DNA from: Zancudomyces culisetae HAW-14-8
Lineage: Eukaryota > Fungi > Kickxellomycota
Direction: 5' to 3'
NCBI GenBank assembly: GCA_052426225.1
Contig: JBNJNM010000011.1
Span: forward strand, 1,984,001 to 2,048,000
Length of the DNA: 64,000 bases
A model generated the notes under the pieces. It made no database searches, was not told the DNA's origin, and worked only from the letters and a program-made list of their open reading frames with translations. Below, one piece after another: positions 56,646 through 64,000 of this stretch. Each line of letters starts with the position of its first letter. Within the stretch, counting starts at the first letter, position 1. The position numbers and the translations under genes were made by a program.

Positions 56646-58402
56646 TCAATATAGGGAAATAGTGATATAAATATGATTGCGGTTGTATTATATATTAATT
56701 TTTACATGCTATTCATTTAACTTTTGCTTTTCGAACCCACAAAACTGTTATGGTAGATGACATTAATCATACTACTAAAATTAATAAATACAAATAATTA
56801 TCCTGCTTTGCAAAAATGATAGTAGAACCTGTGACTCTATTTTCTAGGTATGGCTAGCATGATAGTTCTAAATTATCATGACACAGTTTAAAATAGAATA
56901 AAAGGATCAATGTTGAATCATGAGAATGGTACAAAAATCATCTTACAAAAACAACTCGATTAAAACTATTTTGCCAAACTTCCAGAAAAGTATAAGAACA
57001 TGGTTGTTGGAGGAACAAAGGTGCTACTTGATTACTATATAACTATTCATTATTCATATTTTTTAACGTGTTTTAGGTTCTTTGTTGTGAATTCAACATA
57101 GTTTAGGAGTTATTTTGCACAAAATAGGGATTGAAAATGAAATATTAGGTAGTGATTTAGGGGTTAGTAAAATAATTTATTCTATAATAATTGTAGGACT
57201 GTTGGTATCCATGTATTTTATTAAAAGTGTACTGTATATGTTCAGCGTACCAGTGTACTCTTCATATAATGTTATCATTTTGTTGAACAATTAATCCTAG
57301 ATACTTTTTAATTTTTCCAGTTAATAAATATATAGTAGATATAGAAACTAATTTGTATGAACGGATAAGCAGACATTGCTTTTCTTCATTTCAATAAATA
57401 ATACCAAAGATAATTCACAACTAAAACTAATATTAGTACCAGTACAACTAGGAAATAAGAAGCGGTTCGATTATAACGCCAATACATCACCTCTGCTACG
57501 AACCAGGAGGATATTAATTTACTAATAATTGAATTTGTAGCTACCAACAATGATCTTGATAAAAGTTTTAATTTGAAACTTTTAACCTAGTGAAACTTCA
57601 TATTGATACTTGACAAAAACAATCTTTTAACTGTTTATATTACTTTTAGTGATTATATATACCCAGATAGAGGTATGCTTCGACTATATTGGTGAGATAA
57701 AGTGCATACCTCTGTTAGTATCCGGTTCATGGTTTCAGAACCACAGCGCAATCTAGGCTTAATGTGTCTTGTGTTCTGTTTCTTTGGCGAATTGGAACTG
57801 TTTGTGCTTTTAAATATTAATTTATTATTGTAGATAATCTTGTGTTTGCGCTATTTATTGTTGATCTATTGAGTTTATCTGTTTACCATTGAATAACAAA
57901 CTAGAAAAAAAACATTTTATTGCAGAAAAAATATAAAAAACGTTTGATCGCCTTAATCGAATTAATCATTAGATTATCAAGATGATTGTTATTATGGCTG
58001 TAACTTTTGAACATATATCTGTTTGGCCCCATCTGACTCTTTAACTCCCTTTGGCTATACTTTTTATAAAAATTTATTCGGTTTTTACGTCTTTCCAAAA
58101 TCTTGGAAATATTCCGAAACTTTATATACATTAATATGTTAACAACTATAAAACGATTCTCTTATAAATCTAATACATACTCAACTATAATCCTTTTAAG
58201 ATGCTGAAGGGGTTGTTAAAGGAAAGCATACATTAGGATAACACGATATTTTCCACAATTTAAACTTGTAATCCGACTCTTCCCATTAAACTAGTTTTAT
58301 TTTATATCTTTATACAATATTCACTCACAAGAATGTGCTAAAAATATGCTAAAATAAAAAAATCCCTAACTCTTCTTCAAAAAAACTGAAAAAAAGAAAA
58401 TG

Positions 58403-59005
58403 TTAATCCAACCAAGCATTAGAGTAAATAGGCTCATATAATATGAAACTGCACCCTTCCTCTACAGGAAGTTTTTTATCCTGTTCAAACGGGATCATAG
58501 AAATTTTGAGTTCACAATCATTTTCCCTTTCACAAACCCTATACTCAAGAAGATGGCGCATCTCTCCTTCAACCTCGTTAGCACGCCGACTGCCCGCGTA
58601 CAGGTGAGGAAAATAGCAACCTTCATCATTGTGTGGAGTCTCGCCGAGTACATTTCTACTTTCTAATGGCATGGCTCTAATAGAAACTCCATCTATACTA
58701 GAAGGGTCATCACAAACCTCCCTGACCAAATAAAAGTGTATATCCATGATATCATCGGATTTGGTTCTGGGATCACCTGCATAATATTTTTCCGAATAAA
58801 ATATCATGCCAGGAAACTTTCTGAGCAGTTCAAAGTTATTAATGAGAAATCCTGAAGCAGACCAATTTTTGTATTGACTACACTCATTCACTTTAGATTC
58901 GTATGCGGTATATGATGTGTTATCACTGAATGTAATGCTTGCGGAACACGCGATGGAGGTCAATACTACTGTTGCTATTGTCTTTGTTGTTGATGTTGTT
59001 TTCAT
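58403..59005 (-). CDS. Hypothetical small secreted protein
   Basis: 200-aa ORF, hydrophobic N-terminus, several Cys, TATAAA upstream (~59111-59116 minus); no family recognised. Confidence 0.65.
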   Translation of the reverse strand: MKTTSTTKTIATVVLTSIACSASITFSDNTSYTAYESKVNECSQYKNWSASGFLINNFELLRKFPGMIFYSEKYYAGDPRTKSDDIMDIHFYLVREVCDDPSSIDGVSIRAMPLESRNVLGETPHNDEGCYFPHLYAGSRRANEVEGEMRHLLEYRVCERENDCELKISMIPFEQDKKLPVEEGCSFILYEPIYSNAWLD

Positions 59006-61695
59006 TTTTGGTTCCCTTTATACCTGTGTTTTTTTTTGTAGCTAAATAAATATCCAAATAACGTTGATGGTGAATGGATGGGTGAAATAGCTGGGTTTGA
59101 GTCAAACCTATTTATACTTTTTTTTCCTCATCTTTTGAAAAAAATAAGAGTACATTAGTACTTCAAAAGTTAATACCAACTTGATGCACGTTTTTCTTGC
59201 TCCAGTATACTCACAAAATACTTCTGCAACCCTATAGACTCAGTAAAGTTTACAACATTAAATAAAGTCACTTTTCACCCTCCCTCCCCCCCCCAACCCT
59301 TTCTTTCCTTTGTCAACGCGATGCTTTCAGCGCACTCTGCAAAGATTCATCAAATGCTTTTGCAATACATTTGTTTCTTACAACATCTTTTTGTTTTCTC
59401 CATTTATACACATTAGCGGATAAAAATCAAAGTTCAATTCTAGAAAAAGAAGGTATAAACAAAGGATAATTCTAAAAATCCAACCTAGTTAATACAAATA
59501 GGTAAAATACCCATTCACTATTCTCCTTCTCTCCCCAACATTCTGGAATTGGAAAAAAAGAAGTTTGACTTTCTTACAAGCTGTTTAAATAATTGGATAG
59601 TTGTTGTTTTTGGTAAGTAGGCATCTCGGGTGAAAGTTGTTTTTTGTGTTTGTTACATTTAGTTTGGTATAGGTAATATGTATTCTTAGGTAAAAATAAA
59701 ACCTAAACATTCAAAAACAAGAATACTTAGAAAAGAAGTGGTTGCTCTACCAACATTCTTTTGGAAAAGTAGAATCTTCTTCATATTAAATTCTTTTTAT
59801 TGGGATGTATTACGAGTAAACAGGGTATAAAAACGGAACTATTTCAATTTACCTGTTAAGTGTACAAAATAATACACTTGCAGTTCTCTTGATGAACCAA
59901 TAGTGTTGATATATAACACTTTAGTAAACAGTGCATAAACCAAAAACTATCCATTGGGAATAAAACCATTTTTACCACACCTTTATACTTACTCGTACAT
60001 TAATATGGTGTCAGCCAGGAAAAGTAACTAGACCATCTATATTACGTAGCACATGTACATTGTTTTGTGAGTCAACAAGAGAGCTATTTTAACTGTTTAC
60101 TTGGTTGTATTTTGATTTATTTACCCACAATGGCTAGCATAACTTACTATCCGCTTAACTTAATGGTAATCAAGTTTTTCTCTTTAAGTAGAATACAAAA
60201 GCCTTGTATTTAAGACATACTCTTTTTACAAGAGTCAAAATCAATATTGAGCTCAACATGGTCAGTTACTCAACTATTTTGATATCAAATAGGATACTTT
60301 AAAACAGTATAATTATTGTCGATTTAGGATCTAGATTGGGGGTTTTTGATTCAGTTAAACACAATAGTGAATCTAGTAAGTTCGTAAATGTCAACATAAA
60401 TATCCCTGAAACCTAAATAAAATTTCAGTAAATACATTTATGGTTGTAAACTGTTGACTGGGGAATTGGGTAGATCAGATGGAAACCTCTAGTCTGTTTT
60501 ACTAGTAGGTGCTGTAAAATAATGGAATTATTCAACTTTTTTTATTTGTGTTCATGATTGCGAAACATTCAATATATCTTTCTACAAGTCTGGTCGTCTA
60601 TTCCAAACTTGCTTTCAATTAAAAAATATTAAATCCTCTCTTTGACTGTAATTCAGACTTCTAGTACAAAATAGACAGTGAATCGAAAAGTTCAAACCTC
60701 TGTCAGTATTAAAATAACTTTTGGGTCTAAGATCGTGGCTAGCAAAAGATTTTTAGAAAAAATCAAGTTGAATTAGTATATTATGGCAAATTTATATAAC
60801 GTTCACCATTTACATCTCCTTACTGGTGACATGAAATAAATCCTTTTCCCTTTCGTACAGTAAATAATTGAAAATTATTTCCAGGGCTATTCAAAAATCC
60901 TATTTACATTCCTGTAAACGATACGATTTAAGAGTATAAAAGACTAAGGTTTTTGTTTACTTGTGTTGGCTCTATCCAGAGTGGTGGATGTGGATTGATC
61001 TGTGCTTCGAAGGGCAAAGTAACTACTCCTTACATGCTTAGTTGCAAAGCTAATAGAATAGAACCACTATTGGTGTGTTTTTTTTCTTGGAATCAGATAA
61101 TCTATGGATCCATTAAAGAATACAAAGTCCTAATATCAGCAGGGATTAGTTACATGAATTATACAAACCAAGTCCATTTTGATTAGATTATGTAAACAGA
61201 ATTCAGTTAATACTCATTCATCTAAATCGTAGGTGTTCGTGCTATTTATAATCAATACATGGCTATCTTCACGCTATGGTATCTGCGTTTGGTTAACTCT
61301 TGTGCATAGGTATTGATGCGGTGTTTATACTATTTTGTAGCGCGATCAGTGGAATCATTAACAGGTATATAACTGACGTTCTTTTTTGCTGCTATCCAGT
61401 AATGTAAATGATATTTTTAGATATTTTATAATAGGATTATATATTTAAAAGGTTCATAAACTGGAATTCAATTCTGGATGTTTGTTTACCAAAGTCATTA
61501 GTACCGAAATATGGATCCAAAACAGAATAACCACTAGACTAAAATATACTTGTAACAGTATCGAAAATAGTATTCAAAACTCAGTATGACATAAAATTGC
61601 TCAAATATACGAAAACTGGAACTACAAAATATTCCAAACTGTACAAGTACGGCAAACTGGAGCGAGTACTGATGTGTACAACAGAAAGAAGCAAA

Positions 61696-64000
61696 CTACT
61701 CATCATCGTCAAGGTCAAGCATTAAATCGACAGAAGGATCATCGGATAACTCGCCGTTATCATCTTCCATTTCGTCTGGCTCATTTTCTTCACAAGTCTT
61801 TTCCTCACAATCATCAGAGCTAGCATAGGAATTATCAATGACAGGTTTTTTAGTTGGAGAAGCAACCGGCGAGTGGCTGGATGAATGCTGCGAAGATGAA
61901 GATTGTATACGTCGCTTCCGTTTTCCGTTGTTTGTTGAAGTGGATAAAAGAGTCGTGGGAGTGGGCGATTGGCGAGGCGGATTAGGTTGGTATGTAAACT
62001 GCGGAGCTGATAACTTGAAATCTCTAGCAACATTTCTTTTGAAGTATTGTAATAAATTGACATGTAACCTTTTGCCGAGTAAAATTACTTGGTGCTCGGA
62101 TTTTTCTTGGGAGTAGATTAACTGTGGAATTACTTTGGATTCCTTTTTGATATTTCTTATGACAGATGAATTGGGAATGTTTAAATTTGAATCGTCTTTA
62201 TGAATATCATTATCTTGGCCCTTTTCAGATTTAAGAGATGCCTTTTTCGAGTGTTTAGGTTGTTCGGTTGTGGCGGAGGAATCAAATTGTAAACTAAACG
62301 CCAGGCTTTTATAGAGTGAAGAGCTGATATTTGAACCAACAAATGAGATTAGCTGGATGAATGTTGATGAGGTCTCGTGGGTAAAATCAAACAAGCAGTT
62401 AAGCGTGTTGTAGAGAAGGGTGAGTGATTTGTAAATGGAAAGAGTTAAAGTTGAGGGAAGTGACAGAGATAACAGTGTATCAAGTAGATGTATGATATGT
62501 AATAGCCGCTTGCAGATCCGCAGGTGTAGGTATTGGTTGTAAGGAAATGAGATTGTGAAAAAGGAAACCAAATCAAAGTGAAGGTTGATTATTGAAAGAA
62601 TGTTATTGATAATAGAGACAGATGATTTGGAATTGACAAGCGCAAATTTGGGATCAAAATCGATGTTTTCATCTTGGTTGCTAGCTGAATCGACTAATTT
62701 GTCGTATACATTAGACAGATCCTCACAGATTAAACCATATATATTTAGACATTTATCCTGCAAATCCCAAAACACTTCTAGTGTCTTTTGTTTGTCACTA
62801 TAACTGCTACTAAAACTCAAGTCATCACTGATTTCGTTGTTGAGACGATCGCCATAACCCAAGTTAACTCTAAAAGTGCTTGCTTTGGGATCTTCAAATC
62901 CCCAAAATGGTAGGTAAAAACAAAGCGACGGTACTTGTAATTTTGACAGTAGCATTGAGTGTGTAGTTTTGTTTTTGAACTTGGAACCTAAATTACAGTC
63001 AGGTAAAATATACATCAGTTGAGAAAACAATGAAAATAAATTATCGACAATGGATGGATCAGTATATCCTAAAGTGTTTGTAGGTACAGCAGAGTTATTG
63101 CTGATTTCAGGGTTGATAGAAGCTTGCATCAGAAAGTTTGTGTTGTTTAGCTGCGAGTGCTGAGATGTTCCGTCCAAACCACTTTGGCTATTTTGGTCTT
63201 GCGATAGTCTTTGGTTGAGTGTGTTACTGGCGTCTAGCAACAACGTATAAACTAGTACTGACGAACGTTTCAAGGTGTCAATGTCAACAAAATTAGGGAT
63301 TATGTAATTGTTTGAGAATATCAACTCCAAGATATTGTCAGTGGTAATTGCCGACATTTTAGTGCAAACCTGAATCAAAAAAGCAATAGACTTAAACGAT
63401 GAAGGTGTAAAGAGTGGCTGCCGTGTGGATTTAGAAAGACGGAATGAGCTACTTAGCATTTCAATCAGCAAATATAATGTTGTGATATATGCGTTGACCG
63501 ATTCACAATCCGATTTGTTTATTTTTTCGGATATTATGCTCACCAAATAATCCAAATGCTCTGATTTGTCACTTATAGATGAAGTTAAAAGTTCCAATCC
63601 GCTTTTTATAATCTCCATAACAACGTGGATATTAGGCTTTTCTCGAAGTGGATTGAGAATATTGGGTCGTAGCAATAGTCGTTTAAGACTATGTAAACTG
63701 CTCTCATTGTTTGTATTGCCACTTGATAAAGTATGAGATTGAGTTTTCTGTTGGGCAAGAGTATTTGTTGAATCGCCAAATATTGATGATAGCCTGGTAA
63801 TGAACTCCCCAATCATATAACACAACGGTTTATACAACTGAGTGGCAAGCTCGTTATCTAATACAGAGTTAGTATCCAAATTTTTAATGTCAGACAGTAT
63901 CTGGTTGAGGATGTATGACAACAGAATAGGTTTGTTATTAGTTCGAGTTAAATTGGTAAAATTGGCGGTTATATATGAAACGTAATAGCTCAGAGTAGTA
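61696..64000 (-). CDS. FANCI: FANCI-like protein, C-terminal part (5' end outside window)
   Basis: IKKESKVIPQLIYSQEKSEHQVILLGKRLHVNLLQYFKRNVARDFKL matches the conserved FANCI C-terminal motif (RETKPIPNLIFAIEQYE..LSKKSKVNLM..K.STSRDFKI); helical Leu-rich body; frame open to the window edge. Confidence 0.8.
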   Translation of the reverse strand, partial: TTLSYYVSYITANFTNLTRTNNKPILLSYILNQILSDIKNLDTNSVLDNELATQLYKPLCYMIGEFITRLSSIFGDSTNTLAQQKTQSHTLSSGNTNNESSLHSLKRLLLRPNILNPLREKPNIHVVMEIIKSGLELLTSSISDKSEHLDYLVSIISEKINKSDCESVNAYITTLYLLIEMLSSSFRLSKSTRQPLFTPSSFKSIAFLIQVCTKMSAITTDNILELIFSNNYIIPNFVDIDTLKRSSVLVYTLLLDASNTLNQRLSQDQNSQSGLDGTSQHSQLNNTNFLMQASINPEISNNSAVPTNTLGYTDPSIVDNLFSLFSQLMYILPDCNLGSKFKNKTTHSMLLSKLQVPSLCFYLPFWGFEDPKASTFRVNLGYGDRLNNEISDDLSFSSSYSDKQKTLEVFWDLQDKCLNIYGLICEDLSNVYDKLVDSASNQDENIDFDPKFALVNSKSSVSIINNILSIINLHFDLVSFFTISFPYNQYLHLRICKRLLHIIHLLDTLLSLSLPSTLTLSIYKSLTLLYNTLNCLFDFTHETSSTFIQLISFVGSNISSSLYKSLAFSLQFDSSATTEQPKHSKKASLKSEKGQDNDIHKDDSNLNIPNSSVIRNIKKESKVIPQLIYSQEKSEHQVILLGKRLHVNLLQYFKRNVARDFKLSAPQFTYQPNPPRQSPTPTTLLSTSTNNGKRKRRIQSSSSQHSSSHSPVASPTKKPVIDNSYASSDDCEEKTCEENEPDEMEDDNGELSDDPSVDLMLDLDDDE

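Noticed and set aside
60003-60020. PBS-like TGGTGTCAGCCAGGA
   Set aside because: Imperfect match to the A/D PBS with no recognisable LTR or gag next to it.

Overview
AT-rich eukaryotic window, most likely from an early-diverging fungus (inference from the TE types, tRNAs and a FANCI-like gene). Bases ~3.3-49.6 kb are a tRNA-anchored retrotransposon island with four tRNA genes: a tandem Asp-Glu pair, Tyr with an intron, and Ile. Asp, Tyr and Ile each have a tandem stack of 5-9 Ty3/Gypsy LTRs or elements starting 7-8 nt upstream of the mature tRNA. Members belong to several unrelated LTR families and are separated only by a 3-5 nt target-site duplication (TSD) specific to each tRNA (ATTG for Asp, GTAT/TGTC for Tyr, AGCA for Ile). 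This looks like repeated integration at one nucleotide position, building a polarised, CRISPR-array-like record of retroelement invasions. A second group, self-priming chromodomain Gypsy elements with 5-bp TSDs, inserted inside the first. Recombination between two inverted LTRs of that group flipped 15627-31871, shown by swapped TSDs. Also present are a long-TIR Tc1 element with mismatched flanks and a palindromic element downstream of two tRNAs. The right end (52-64 kb) holds host genes: two small secreted proteins, a catalytically degenerate GPI-type trypsin homolog and the 3' part of a FANCI-like gene.
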